Source of the DNA: Camelus ferus
Lineage: Eukaryota
Reading direction: 5' to 3'
Assembly: GCF_009834535.1 (NCBI RefSeq)
Contig: NC_045697.1
Span: forward strand, 10,170,001 to 10,234,000
DNA length: 64,000 bases
The notes beneath the pieces were generated by a model. That model saw only the letters and a program-made list of their open reading frames with translations. It was not told where the DNA came from and did no database searches. The translations under genes were made by a program, and so were the position numbers. Below, in pieces: positions 12,173-25,129 of the stretch. How positions within the stretch are numbered: the stretch's first letter is position 1; the number at the start of each line of letters is the position of its first letter.

Positions 12173-14094
12173 GTAAGCAATGACAAGAAGCACAGTCTGT
12201 CTAGCAGGCTGTTGGCTAATAACCCGCTGCATGCAGAGATGCCACGCATCCTCCTGTGGGTACCAGCATTTGGCCTTCGCTGGGAGAGGCAGGGATGCGA
12301 GTGGATGGTCCAGGTGTGGACCCTGTGCTGGGCCTGACAGAGGACCCTCACAATGAAGCCATGGGCAGTATTTGGAACATTTTTCCTCTAAAGTGTTTCC
12401 CATCCCCCAGAGAGAAGTTTAGAAATGATGGAAAAAGCCCCTTCCAACTTGTCATCAAAGGTCATAAACTAAGACCGGCGATAGATGGCAGTGCAGGATT
12501 ACAAACCTTGGGGAACTCCCACTCTCTCCAACTCCAAGCCCAAATTCCACCTCAGCTGAAACCAGAGGCTGATTCCCGTCTCCCGGGCCTGCAGGCAGCC
12601 CCTCCCCCAGTTCTGCCCTCTGCAGAAGTTGCCCTCTGGCCGTGATCATCCCCGTGCAAGCTCCACTTTCTCAAGGTAAATAAATTCTCTTGAAAAGGAG
12701 TCGTCCTCTGAGGAGGGAGGCAGGGACGATCTCGTGGATGGGTGATTTGTTTGGAATCAGCCAGATGCCAGCAGGGGAGGGAGGGGAAGGAAGCGCCATT
12801 TTGAGCCAGCAGCCACGTGATGGGGCTGCCTGGAGAAGGGTGGCCGGGGAGATGGGAAGGGTACCGGGACCGAGAGCCCAAGTCAGAAAAGAAACCCCTC
12901 TCCCTGCTCCCCCTCACCCACAGCACTCCTGTGGGGACGAGCTCCGTCCGGAGCCCCCTTCTCTGCAGCTGGTGTGGACCCGTCCTGGGGAGGGACCAGG
13001 GGTGGGAGGTGCTGCCTGGCCATACCGTTGGTCCCTCTGGACACTGAGAAAGCTTTAACCCCATCCTGTAGGTCAGCCAGGGGCTCTGCATCCAGGGCCA
13101 GGGGGCCCCGCGACAGCAGATGGGCTGGTGCGGATGGAAAGAGCTCAAAGGCCACAGGCACAGTGAGCAGTGGTGACCAGGCCTGGGGGGTGGAGCTTGG
13201 ACTGCCCGGCAGAAAGCGGCAGGGATGGAGTGGAGGAGGTCATTCCAGGCACAGCACTTCCCTGAGGCATCTCACGCACTGAACTGCACAAGAGCGTCTG
13301 TCACAGACAAGGTGCAGTTTTGAGGGTGTTGGCAAGAAATCTGGAGGAGTGTTGCTTAACCCTAGTGGCACTTCAAAATCACTTGGGGATTTTTTTTTTT
13401 AACTAAATGCCTCAGGTCCACCCCAGGCCATTTATTTAAACCAGAATGTCTGCACTTTGCATGATGCTTGATATATAGCAGCATCTCAGTGAATGGGCTA
13501 TTTTTAGTTCCTTTTTTTCAGAGGAGGAAGGAAGTTTAGAAGTTCAATACTTCACCCAGGGTCCCATAGTAAATCTGAGTTCAGAGCCAAGCCTTTGTCT
13601 GGTCCTAAGGACATCACTCACCCATGGCCTCCATTGCCACGCTTGCCCCTTCCTGCCCTCCTCTAAGAGTCTGGGGCAGGAACCAGAGGCTATTCTTTGC
13701 CCTGGATTAACCAGAGGCACTTGGACAACTGTTTCCAAATGAATTGGGAGTTGGGATCAAATAGTTCAGTTGTAATTTCCCTGCTTCTCTTTTCCTCCAG
13801 ATTTCTACAAAGTGCTACACATTATACCTAGAAAAAGTGAAAATATTCATTTTATTTTGGGATGCTGCAAGCATTTTGCCCAAGAAACCTCTTAGAGAAA
13901 CTCAGGATCCACACCGCTTCCCTGGAGGGATGGGGAGGGGAGGACCACATCGACTCACATGGCAGAGATGACAGTTATCTAGATCTGAATAGTATTACAA
14001 TCTGTCCCTTTGCTAAGTGACCCATCTCATCCTGAGATAGGATCTGAGTCAACCAAAGCCCCGGGAGTCACAACCTCTGACCATCTGCCCACAG

Positions 14095-14218
14095 CTGCCA
14101 GCTGCTGGCCCCAAGGAAATGGTGTCTGAAAACTCCCACCTCGAGGACCAGCAGGAGCCCGTGCAGGAAGGTTCTGACACTCACCTCCTGAGCATGACGA
14201 GTCGACGAGGCCCACGAA
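14095..14218 (+). CDS. CC2D2A: CC2D2A coding exon 3 ([41 protein letters not shown])
   Basis: CAG acceptor, GTAAGT donor, 124 nt; homologous to PPTAVPKEMVSEKSHL...LLSMTVRRGPR. Confidence 0.95.
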
Positions 14219-15066
14219 GTAAGTGTCTCTCAGTTCTGTTCAACCAGTAGTTATTAATCGCCTCTTGTGATCAGCACAGAGCAACATTTGGATTTCTCAT
14301 GGGTATTATTTTTCATATATGTCCACTGCCCACCCCTATGCCAGATTTCAGCCCAATTCTGTGGGTCATCTTCTAGGTGAGCATCTGTCTAGGAGACAGG
14401 ACACAATCCCAGGATATATTTATATAACCACATAAGTTTGGAAGCATTCACTGAAATAGAATGGTGCAAATAGTCAAATAGGTAGAAATTCAAAGGAGGG
14501 TGAAATAGTTAGGAAGGCATATTTGTTAATGAAATCGACTGGAATGAGATGTTGGAAAACCTGAGGAGGTTTCTGAGGCTCTTGGGGACCTTGCTCCTTG
14601 TGGACCCCTGCTTTTATCCCCCCAGCCCCCCCGACACACACTCTCCCTTCCTCGTCCAGAAACCGTGGCCTGTATTTTACAGCATTATTCTTCCCCACTG
14701 CGGTCAGCATCAGTCATTATCAGATCATTGTAGGGAAACTTACTACCCCTCCCTTGTTGCTTTTCATGAAAAATGGAAGAGACCAGAGGAGAAGATGAGT
14801 TATACTTTTCAGTTGTTACCTAATCATTACACAATTGATACCCTGTTTCCCTGGAGCTGAGCTGGGGAAGAAAGTAACTATTGGAAATTAGAAGGCTTTG
14901 GAAGCAGGCTCATCTGAAGGCCAACCCTAAGAAAAATGCAGTTCCCATCCAAGAGCAGTGACACAATAAAACTGTTACCAATTAGTAAAATAGAGCCAGG
15001 ATTGATCCCAGAGAGTTGCTTCCTTTCCTAAATGGGCAAATTTATTCATTAGTGAAGATTACAATT

Positions 15067-15415
15067 TGTCTTAGTATGCTCAGGCTGTCCTAACACAGTA
15101 TGCCATAGACTGGGTGGCTCAAACAACATCTATTTTCTCACAATTCTGGAGGCTGGAAGTCCAAGATCAGGGTGTCAGTGTGGTCAGAGTCCAGCGAGGC
15201 CTCTGTTCCTGGCTTGCGGGCGGCCGCTGTCTCCCTGTGGGCTCACTCTGGTGTCTCTCCCTGTAAAGACACTAATCCTTTTGTGAGAGCCTCACCCGTA
15301 AAACCTCGTTTATCCTTCACTCCCTCCTTAGAGACCATATCTCCAAATACAGTCACATTGAGGGTTGGGGCTTCAACATATGAATTTTGTGGGGACACAA
15401 TTCAGTTCACAGCAC
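15067..15415 (-). mobile_element. MaLR LTR, MLT1A-like
   Basis: tgtcttagtatgctcaggctg...ttctcacaattctggaggctggaagtccaagatcagggtg...catatgaattttgtggggacacaattcagttcacagca. Confidence 0.85.
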
Positions 15416-15829
15416 AACTATTGAATATTTAAGCAGTTATTTTAAAAATCAAGGGGGGAAATGTCAGAAAGTGTAGCTGATAATGAAGGCTCAGTGTTGT
15501 CATGGAACGTGAGTTCTTTTCTTATTCCCAAAATGGGGGAAACACTCTTCACTGTCACCATGGGAGTGATTGTGAGGATCAAATCAAAAAAAAAAAAAAA
15601 AAAGAATGTGGAAGGATTTTAAATAGTGTGCACTGTTTTAAACATTTATATAGTCTGCACTGGCGTTTTAAATAGGTAAATGAGCAGTAACTGAGGTGTT
15701 TAGAGTAAGAGACAATCTATGTGTTAGTCAAGAGTAGAAAGAAACAAGACAAAAACAAAAGCTGCTCTTTATGATTTGGTGAAGGAAAGAACAACACAAA
15801 GCTAAGATTTGCCGCCTGAGCAAGGTCAT

Positions 15830-16420
15830 GACCAGCTGGTATCTGGCAGCCCAGGGTGGAGCTGAAAGCTGTCTCTGACTTGGTGGCACTGATGGGTCAA
15901 GATGTAGAAAAAAAAATCCCTGGGAGTGAAGTGGTAGGTATCTGATGGATAAGAAGCCTGGGTGGTCAGGCATCACTCAGAAATGAGCGGTCAAGACCAG
16001 CAGAAAGTCAGTTTTGTGGATGGGAGAGTGGAACAGATTTCATCCATTATGTCAACGCACAGTAGAGTGAGAGGCAGAGAAGTCCAGGGAATGAGGGCCA
16101 CAAGGAGTGTTGACCTGAGATGGGCTGGGCAAGGCACACAGCAGAGGATGTGCGGCATCTCCATGGTAGACTGCTGAGTGGAGAGGACTCCAGACCGAGG
16201 GCTCGGGAACGCGTGGCCACATGCAGAAAGCTGTGCATCCAGAGCGAGGCGGAAGCACCCGTGTCTTTTATGACCTCGCCTGGGAAATCACACATGACTG
16301 CCATTTGTTAGAGGCATGAAACGAAGTCCAGCCTGTATTCAAGAAGAGGGGAGTTAGGCTCCACGTTTAAAGAGAGGTGTGTCCAAGAAATTTATGGATG
16401 TACTTTTAAACCACCACAGT
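15830..16420 (-). mobile_element. Old MLT1-type LTR remnant
   Basis: tttatgacctcgcctgggaaatcacacatgactgccatttgttagaggc...cagcctgtattcaagaagaggggagttaggctccac, typical of older MLT1 LTRs. Confidence 0.55.
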
Positions 16421-16879
16421 CATCTTTCTTTAAACCTCTACTCGGAAATCTGTAATGAGCATCACATAAAGTCCTCCACAGTCTGGCCCCATCCAGCTGT
16501 GTTCTCACTCCTCTCCGATCTGCCTGCATCCTGGTTGTCTGCTTACTGGCCTCTGAAGGCCTCGGGACCACCTGGCATTCCCGGGCTTTGATGTCTACTC
16601 AGAAAGCTCTCCATTCATCCCTTTGTTAAGACTGTGACAGAAAAGCAATAGAGTGTGTCAGTGAAGACCACGGTCTCTGGCATCAGAAAGTGTGGGTACC
16701 AGCCTCTGTCAATTCCTTACTCGCTTGGGCAAGCTCCCCCACCTCCTTAAACTTCAGTTTCTTTATTTGCAAAATGGGGACAAGAATAGAATGCCTTAAA
16801 GCTTCCAATGAGTTTAGATTCCAGTTCCAGGATGAGAGGGTAAAAAAGAAAACAAATGAAAAAAGAAGAAGAAGCACAG

Positions 16880-17650
16880 TAGATCTACTGTATGGCCAGT
16901 GGTGAGAAGTGTTAGAGAGAAAGATAAATTAGCAGGACAGGGCTGCCGTGGCGGTGAGAGCAAGGCTTGCTGTTTTATAAAGGTCATCGGGGGAGGCCTC
17001 CCCAGGAAGGTGATGTTAGCACAGAGGCCTGGAGGAAATGAGGGATCCCTGAGGAAAGTGGCCTTAAAGCGCTTGGTGAAGGGCTTGGTGTGTTTAAGGA
17101 ACAGCAAGGGGGCAGGAGAATGAGTAAGAGGAAGAAGAAGGAATAGGGTCAGAAGGGAGGAGGGGAACCGGACCAGCCTTGTGGGTCCTTCCACTCTTGA
17201 TTGGAGTGAGATGAGAGCCAGGGGAAGGTTGAGCAGACGAGGGATCTGGGCAGACTCCAGGCTGAAGTCTGCTGGGCTAAGAGCTGACTCTGGAAGGAAC
17301 AAGGACAGAAGCCCAGAGACCAGGTAGAGGGCACCAGCAGAAATACAGGTGGAGGCGGGGGACTCGGGCCAGGGTCATCGTGGATGGGATGGACAGGAGT
17401 GTGGGGATCTGGGGGTCTGGAAGGTAGAGCCAACAGTCTTGTGCTGTATTGAGCCGGGACTGCGGAAGTAGGGAAGATGACTCCAGGCTTTTCAACGTGA
17501 GCAACTGGGGAAATGGAGTGACCATTTACAGAGAACAGAAAGATGGTGGAAAGAACAGGTTTGAGGGTAGACAGCAGGAAAAGACGTGCAAGGTTTCAGA
17601 TGCCTATTTGATATGCATTGGGGATGGATGGAGGGGTCTGGATGTCGGGG
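16880..17650 (-). mobile_element. L2 LINE remnant
   Basis: tgtttaaggaacagcaaggggg...ggaaggtagagccaacag...gatgactccaggcttttcaacgtgagcaactggg. Confidence 0.7.
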
Positions 17651-17908
17651 AAGAGGTGGAGGCTGGAGTGGTCTCTGCTGACCTTCTACCTGAAATGGCA
17701 CTTCCCCACCCCATCACCTGCTCTGTCCTCCCCTCTGGGTCTATTTTCCTTCAGAGCACTCATACTCAGTTATCCGGCCCACTCCAGGTACCTGCCCCCC
17801 CCTCCGGACGGAAGTTCCCTGAGAACAGGACTTTGATCTCTCCATTCACTGCTGAACCCTAACCCCAGTGCCTAGAGCAATACTTGGTCCATGGCAGAGG
17901 CTCAATAA

Positions 17909-18078
17909 GCAAGTTTTTTCTGTACAGCACAGGGAACTATAGTCAATATCGGGTAGTAACCTACAGTGAAAAAGAACAGGGAAAGGAATACATGTATGTA
18001 CATGGATGGCTGAAACATGATGCTGTGCACCAGAAATTGACACAACATTGTACACTGACTATACTTCAATTTTAAAAA
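17909..18078 (+). mobile_element. Short lineage-type L1 3' end
   Basis: ctgtacagcacagggaactatagtcaatatc...gctgtgcaccagaaattgacacaacattgtacactgactatacttcaattttaaaaa. Confidence 0.85.
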
Positions 18079-20677
18079 GGGGGGGGGGGTTGGAAGTTGT
18101 TGAGAACTCTGACCTACGCATAACAGCAAATGCTTCAGACACAGCCCGCCCACTCAGGTTGTGTAGCCTTGTGGCAGAATCAGTTGATGGGAGAGGCTAC
18201 ACTGAAGCTGGACTGGCCAAGTGATGGGAGCATCTTCCATAGTCCTCCCCATCTGCCCCATCTCGCTCCGGCTGGCTATAAGAACACAGGGTCGGGAACA
18301 TGGTTCTCCCGTGACTTCAAGTAGGCTGGCTGCTTTTTAGAGAAAGGAATTTTCATCACACAAGCCCATTTTCTCCTCTACCCCTTTTATTATTATTTTT
18401 TTCTCCAGCAAAATTGGAAACATAACTCTATTTCCTCTACTAACAACTCTTCAGCCCATCAATTAAGGCTTTATGTGTATGGTAATCAGCACAGCTTTTG
18501 ATACACTTAAAGTAAATCAGATGACACCAATTCAACTGCCAAACCATTAAGATCCTAAACATAATGCCCTCTGGAGCCTCTATTTTTTATGAGAAAAATT
18601 CAAGCATACACAGAAGTAGATAAAATCTAGTGAACCTTGTGTGCCCATCAGCAGATTCAAGGATTAACAAGATTTTGCCTCATTTGTTTTTCTTTTTTCA
18701 TCTCTGCCAGAATATTTTTTAATTGTAAAAAAACACATAAAATTTTCCATCCTAATCATTTTTAAATGCATAGTTCAATAGAGTTAACTCTCATCACATT
18801 GTTGTGCAATAGAGCTCCAGAACTATTTCATCTTGTAAAATTGAAATGCTATCCCTTTTAAACGATAACTCCCCATTCCCCTGCCCCTCGGCCCCTGGCA
18901 ACCACCGTTCTATTTTCTGTTTCTATGAATTTGACTACTTTAGATACCTCATGTAAGTTGAGTCATACAGAGTTTGTCTTTGTGACCGGCTAATTTCACT
19001 TCACATAATGTCTTTAAGGTTCATTCACACTGTAGCATGTGACAGGAATCCCTTCCTTTTTCAGGCTGAATAATATTCCATGTCTATACCACATTTTGCT
19101 TATCCATTTACCCTTCCTGGACATTTGGGTTGCTTCTACCTCTTGACTATTGCTCATAATGCTGCTTTCAATATCAATGTGCAAGTATCTTCAAGATCTT
19201 TCTTTTAACTCTTTTGGAGACATACCAAGAAGTGAGATTGATGGTTCCTGTGGTATTTCTACTTTTACTTTCGGGGAACCATCATCCTGCTTTTCACAGT
19301 GGGTGCACCAACATTTTACATTCCCACCAGCAATGCACAAAGGCTCCAGTTTCTCCACATCCTTGTCAACACTTGTTATTTTCTGTTTGTTTGGGTTTGA
19401 GGTTTTCTCATTGTGGATTTGATTTGCATCTCCCTTATAAGTAGTGATGCTGACCATTTTTCATAGGCTTGTTGACCATTTGTATATCATGTTTGGAAAA
19501 ATGCCTATCATTTGCCCAGTGTCTGGCCAAATCATTTGTTTTTATTATTGTTGAGTTGTAGGAGTTCTTCAAATATTCTGGGTAATAATCTTTTATCAGA
19601 TATATGGTTTGCAAATATTTTCTCCCATTCCAAAATCTGTTTTTTCACTTTCTTGATTGTATCCTTTGATGCACAGAAGTTTTTAAGTTTGAGGTTGTCC
19701 CGTTTGTCTGTTTTTGCTTTGGTTGCCTGTGCTTTTGTTGTCATAACCAAGAAGTCATTGCCAGATTCAATGTCATGAAGATTTCCTGTTATCTTCCTGG
19801 AGTTTATAGTTTTAGGCCTTACATTTATGTGTCTTTAATCCATTTTGAGTTTATTTGTGTAAGGTAAGATCCAACTTCATTCTTTTGCATGTGGATGGAG
19901 AGTTTCCCAGCACTATTTGTAGAACACACCACCTCTTTCCCATTGAGTGGTCTTGGCATCTTTGTGGAAAATTATTTGACCATATTCCCAAGGTTTTATT
20001 TCTGGTTTCTCTATTCTATCCTATTGGTCTGCATTTTATCTTTATGCCAGTACCACACTGTTTTAATTGCTGTAGTTTTGTAATGTGTTTTGAAATCAGG
20101 ACATCTGAGATCTCCAAATTTGTTCTTCTTTTTCAAAATTGGTTTGGCTATTTTGGGGTCCATATCAATTTTAGGATGAATTTTTCTTTTTTATGTGAAA
20201 ATGCCATTGAGATTGTGACAGGGGTTGCATTAAATCTGCAGGTTGCCTTGGGTAGTACTGACATTTTAACAATATTAAGTTTTCCAATCTATGAACATGG
20301 GATGGTTTTCCATTTACTGTGTCTTTCATTTATTTCAGCAGTGTTTTGTAGTTGGCAGTGTACTAGTTTTTTGCCTCTTTTGACAAGTTTATTCCCAAGT
20401 ATTTTATTCTTTTCATGCTGTTGGAAATGGAATTATTTTCTTAATTTCCTTTTTTTAGATTTTTCATTGTTAGTGTATAGAAACACAATTCATTTTTGCA
20501 TATTAATTTTCTATCCTGCCACTTTGGTAAATTTGCTTCTTAGTTTCAACAGTTGTGTGTGTGTGTGAGTGTGTGTAATTTTTAGGGTTTTCTCCATATA
20601 AGACCATGTCATCTGCAAACAGAGATAATTTTACTTCTTCCTTCTCAATCTGGATGCCTTTTGTAACTTTTTCTTCC

Positions 20678-21050
20678 CATCTTAGCCTGTTTGCCCTGTT
20701 AAGATAACTATAGACAGAGTGGCATATAAACAGCAGGAAATTTACTTCTCACAGTTCTGGATCCTAAGTCCAAGATAAGGTTCAAAATAAAGGCACCAGC
20801 AGATTTGGTGTCTGGTAAGGAGGGCCTGCTTTGGGGTTCATAAGTGGCTGTCTTCCTGCTGTGTTTTCACACGGTAGAAGGGGCAGGGAGCTCTCTGGAG
20901 TCTTTTTCATAAGGGCACTAATCCCATTCATGATAGTTCCACCTTGTGACCTAATCACCTCCCAAAGGCCTCATCTCCAAATACCATCACACTGGGGTTT
21001 AAATTTCAACATATGAATTTTGGGAGGACACGAACATTCGGTCCACAGCA
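20678..21050 (-). mobile_element. MaLR LTR, MLT1A-like, nested in L1
   Basis: cttctcacagttctggatcctaagtccaagataagg...acctaatcacctcccaaaggcc...catatgaattttgggaggacacgaacattcggtccacagca; flanks CTTCC/CTTGC (degenerate 5-bp TSD). Confidence 0.85.
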
Positions 21051-21359
21051 CTTGCCTACTTGCTCTGGCTTGGACGTCCAGTGCTCTGTTGGATAGAAGT
21101 CGTCAGGAGGGCATCCTTGCCTTGTTCCTGATCTCAGAGGAGACACTTTTAGTTTTTCACCCCTGAGGATCATGTTAGTTGTGGGCTTTTCATGTATGGC
21201 CTTTACTATGTTGAGGTAATTTTCTTCTATTCCTAGTTTGTTGAATGTTTCTATCATAAGAAGATGTTGAATTTTGTCAAGTGCTTTTCTGTATCAATTG
21301 AGATGATCATGTGATTTTTGTCCTTTGTTCTGTTAATGAGATGTATTATATTGATGGAT

Positions 21360-21440
21360 TTTTTTACAGAGGTGCTGGGGATTGAACCCAGGACCTTGTG
21401 CATGCTAATCATTTGCTCTACCACTGAGCTATACACCCCC
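21360..21440 (-). mobile_element. tRNA-derived SINE (vic-1-like), nested in L1 ORF2
   Basis: gaggtgctggggattgaacccaggaccttgtgcatgctaa...ctctaccactgagctatac; flanks TTGATGGATTT/TTGATTGATTT. Confidence 0.9.
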
Positions 21441-21716
21441 TTGATTGATTTGCGTATATTGAACCATCCTGACACACTCCACCCCCACAACCTGGGCTGG
21501 GACTGATACTCTGTTATAAATGTTTCATGATGCTGTCTCTCATGACCAATTTATAAACACAATTTAGCTACATTTTTCTAGGCAAAACCTCAGATGCAGT
21601 GGTTTCCCTGGCCCAAACAAGAAAGTTTATGCTAAGAAAGCTCATATGTTTCGATTGTATTTTTCTTTTCTAAGCATTTACTTGTTTACCTGAGGCATCC
21701 TCCTCTCCCCCAGAAG

Positions 21717-21800
21717 GAGAGAGAGAGAGAGAAGAAAGAAAAAAGAAAAGAGAGAAGGAAGAAAGGAGGGAAGGAAGAAAGGAAGGAAGGAAGAAGGGGT
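21717..21800. repeat. Purine-rich (GA/GAAA/GGAA)n low-complexity tract
   Basis: Directly visible. Confidence 0.85.
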
Positions 21801-24123
21801 GAGTGGACAGACAAACAGATGACTCATCTGACAGCCTTGAATTCTGAGAGCTTAATACCATTGTTCCGAGCCAGGCAGCAAGCCTTCTGATAAGATTTCC
21901 ATCAAGACTCCTCATTCTCTTTTCTTACTCACACTCCATTCTGTTGCCCAAGGTATTAAGAGAAATAAACAACATTTCAAGTCAGCAAACATTCCATGAG
22001 ACCCGTAGGAACTGAAATCAGACTCACTACTGCTTGTTAGGATTTTTGGTCATGGGACCTTGAGCAATCGCCCAACCTCCTGAAGCCGCTGGAGTCTCGT
22101 TTATAAAACGGGGATCATAAAAGCCTTGGCTTCACGCAGCTATTATGACAATGAAATCAGATGACATACAGAAAGCGCCCCACAGAGGGTCTGGCACATA
22201 CACGGTAGCTTCCTCCAGCTGGAAGAAGAACTTGATGCTAAATATCCAACAAAAACAATTACCTCTTTTGAGTGTTCGACATGGCAGGAGAGTAAGCACT
22301 TTACGGGCATTACGTTACTTCATTCTCGGAATGGTCCTATAATCAGGCCTTGTTTCACAGATTAGGAAACTAAGGTTCGGAGAGGACCAACAGCTAGAGG
22401 CGCTGGAGCCAGACTCCAGTCTGTGGACCTTCGGAACCTGTGTTCTTAATCGCTGCATTACAGCATCACTCTACACCCATGAATCTTAACTCTGACTAGT
22501 AGGCAAAGCTAGTGGTTGACGGTTGCCCACGGAAGCTCCAATGGCAGTGTACAGCCAGCCCTGTCATCCATGGCTCCCAGGGCCCCCCAGAGGACAGGGG
22601 ACATAGTGCCAGCTTGGAGTCTTTGCAGAATTGTCATCCTGGCTGTGCCCCATTTTTTCCCCAAAAGAGTGTAAATCACCCACGTCACTCTCCCTGCATA
22701 GACTAACCCCTTCTCCTTTGAGAGTTTTTGTTTGTTTTATCCTAGCTTGTTACCTTTCAAAAATCAGTATCCACATCACCTCTGGGAAGTTTCCCCTGTG
22801 CCCAGTGTGGGCTGAGTAGACCTTCTTAATGCTTCATGGACCCGGTGCCCATAGGCATGTCTGAAGTCATCCGTTTATTGGTACACAGCCCTCTCTCTCC
22901 GCTGGACTAAAAATCCTTGAGGGTGGGGACTAATGTTCAGCTCTGCTTAGCACAGTGCTGGTACACAGAGCGCTCAGCAATGCGTCCTCAGGGGACAGAT
23001 GTCTCAAGCTTGCCTCTCTGCTTTTTACTCAAGGCCATACTCTGGTTTGGGGACACTCACTTACCACGCCCGCTACCATGCCCACCGCCTCTTTCCAGCC
23101 AAGTCTGCTCACCTGGACCCAAATCTCTGAGTCTCTCTGGCCTGTCCCTCAGGGCCACCACCCCAGCGACTCCCCTCGGGCCCACAAGCCTCTCTACACT
23201 GTAGCCTTCCTGCAGGGCTCCGAGTGTTACTGAAGGCAGACTGGATTCAGATACTCAGCAGCTTCCCTTGATCAGACAGGCTCCCGCACACGCACATGCC
23301 CAGAGGTGCCACCTCCCTGATTAACAGCAGCATAAAACCATGTGGAAAAATCTTTGGCTTCTGATTGGCTATTCAAACCTATGCATAGTCATGGAATTCC
23401 AGATAAAGAAAGGATTTCACTGAACAGGCACCGGTTCCAAATCAAATAAACATCCAGAAAAAGCACACACACACGTCCCCTGTGATTCCAGCTCACACCA
23501 TCTCTTAAGGGAGTGACTATCGAACATTAAGTCATTTCTTAGGAACATAAATTTCTTCATTACTGACATCTGTTTTCCATTCATTCGTGTTAGTGTCTCT
23601 GATTAAAGCATCATTTCAGAGCCAATTGCTCAGTATTGGTTGACCATAAAGTTCAGAACCCAGTGAAATTTGGTGCAAATGAAAGGAAATAGAGTATTTA
23701 TTTCAGGCTTACTTTTTAAAAGTCACCAAGACCTGGAAAGCCTGACCCAGGAAACAAATGTTATAAAGATCAATATGGGACAAAGAGGAGAACTTCCTAA
23801 GGGAGCTGGTCTTGGGAGTTACTTTGGAGCTCAGCAGCTGGAGAAGAAGAAACATTCTAGTCAGAGGAGGCACCTGGGAATGTAGGAAATGTCCAAAGTT
23901 GGCCAGTGCAGGAGTCTACCCCCTCACGTAGTACTGGGGGCACTAATTTACAGTGCTGAGTTAAATATTTAAGTAGAAAATGAATCATATGTTGTATTTG
24001 ATCAAGTTTTGGTTTTGTTTGGTTTTTTTGTTGTTTGTTTGTTTTAGATATGATATTTGACATCTTGAGGGGGAAATAAAGCAAATAAAAAAAACCTTTC
24101 TGGTTGGAGAAACACTAGGCAAT

Positions 24124-24580
24124 TGTTAGAGATAGCAAAGGACCAGCCTGGAGCACGACCATGATATGAAAACTAACCAGCCCAGAGCCCTGTCTCCTTG
24201 CTCTGGCCAGTACAACCCAGGAAGCAGTATTCCTCTGCCTGAACCATCCCAGGGCGGGGTACCAGGCAACTGGAGACCATCCTTACAGCTCAGAACCCCC
24301 CAGAACTACTCGAATCGGCCAGTCCTACACTGCTTACCCTGCTCTGTCTTGTCTTTCCCTCAATAATCCCAAGAAAGGCTGTGACCTAGGCTCTAAGCTC
24401 TCACCCCCTCCTGTCTTCGGCCTCCAGACCACCTCTGCATCTTACCCTGGCATGCCCCACCTCCTGGCTCTAGGACCTGGGAGTTTACAATGAACTTTGT
24501 TTCCTGAGCCTGTCCTCTGTTTCCTCTTGTGGCCCAACTGACTGCCCATCTCATAAGAGAATAAAAAGAATACAAAACAG
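24124..24580 (+). mobile_element. ERVL-type LTR remnant (MER54/MER74-like)
   Basis: TG...CA bounded ~460 bp; ggtaccaggcaactggagacca, gccagtcctacactgcttaccctgc and ctctaggacctgggagt motifs recalled from this LTR group. Confidence 0.55.
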
Positions 24581-25129
24581 ATCCATTATTATTATTAGTT
24601 ATAAAGAAAGACACTTTCCAAAACACTCCTTTATAGCAAAACTCCTCCAGAGTCATCTGTCCCCATTCTGTCTCCAGGCTGGAAACTGCTCCCACTCCCT
24701 CTCAAAAGTGTCCTCGTTGAGGTCCGCATGCTAAGTTCAGCGGTCAGTTCTTCATCTGCCCTGCTTGACGGTCAGCAGCATCCCCAGGAGCTCACCGTCC
24801 CTCCTCCTCTGCACTGCGCTCCCCGGACACCACTCCCCCGGCTCCTTCTGCCTCGCTGGCCGGACCTCTCGGTCTCCTTGCTGGTTCCTACACCCCCAAC
24901 CTCTAAATGTTGGAGTGCCCTGAGCTCAGGGCGTGGCCCTCTTTTCTTTATCACCATCCATTCTTTTGGTCACCTCAGGACTTTAAATTCTATCTTATAG
25001 ATATTGTATGTATAACTGACCAGTCCCAAATTTTTATCTCCAGCCTGGGCCTCTTTCAGACTAACTGTGCACCTGCCTACTCAACACCCACTTTTACATG
25101 TTTAATAGGATGACTCACACATTTAATAG

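Larger units (their letters stand above)
18715..21470 (-). mobile_element. L1 (L1MA/MB-age) 3' ~2.3 kb, interrupted by an MLT1A-like LTR and a SINE
   Basis: Minus-strand ORF fragments resemble L1 ORF2 (TTKAQATKAKTDKRDNLKLKNFCASKDTIKKVK; KAIHEKPTTNMILRGEKLKVSPLRSGTRQGCP; GWFNIRKSI...HMIISID). Confidence 0.92.

Noticed and set aside
12256..13282. Cluster of overlapping 60-198 aa ORFs in intron 2
   Set aside because: GC-rich intron with few stops; no recognisable homology or convincing splice-site pair. A minor cassette exon cannot be excluded without transcript data.
19855..20568. 237-aa ORF on the + strand
   Set aside because: It is the antisense reading of L1 ORF2 remnant sequence; Phe/Leu-rich with no recognisable protein.
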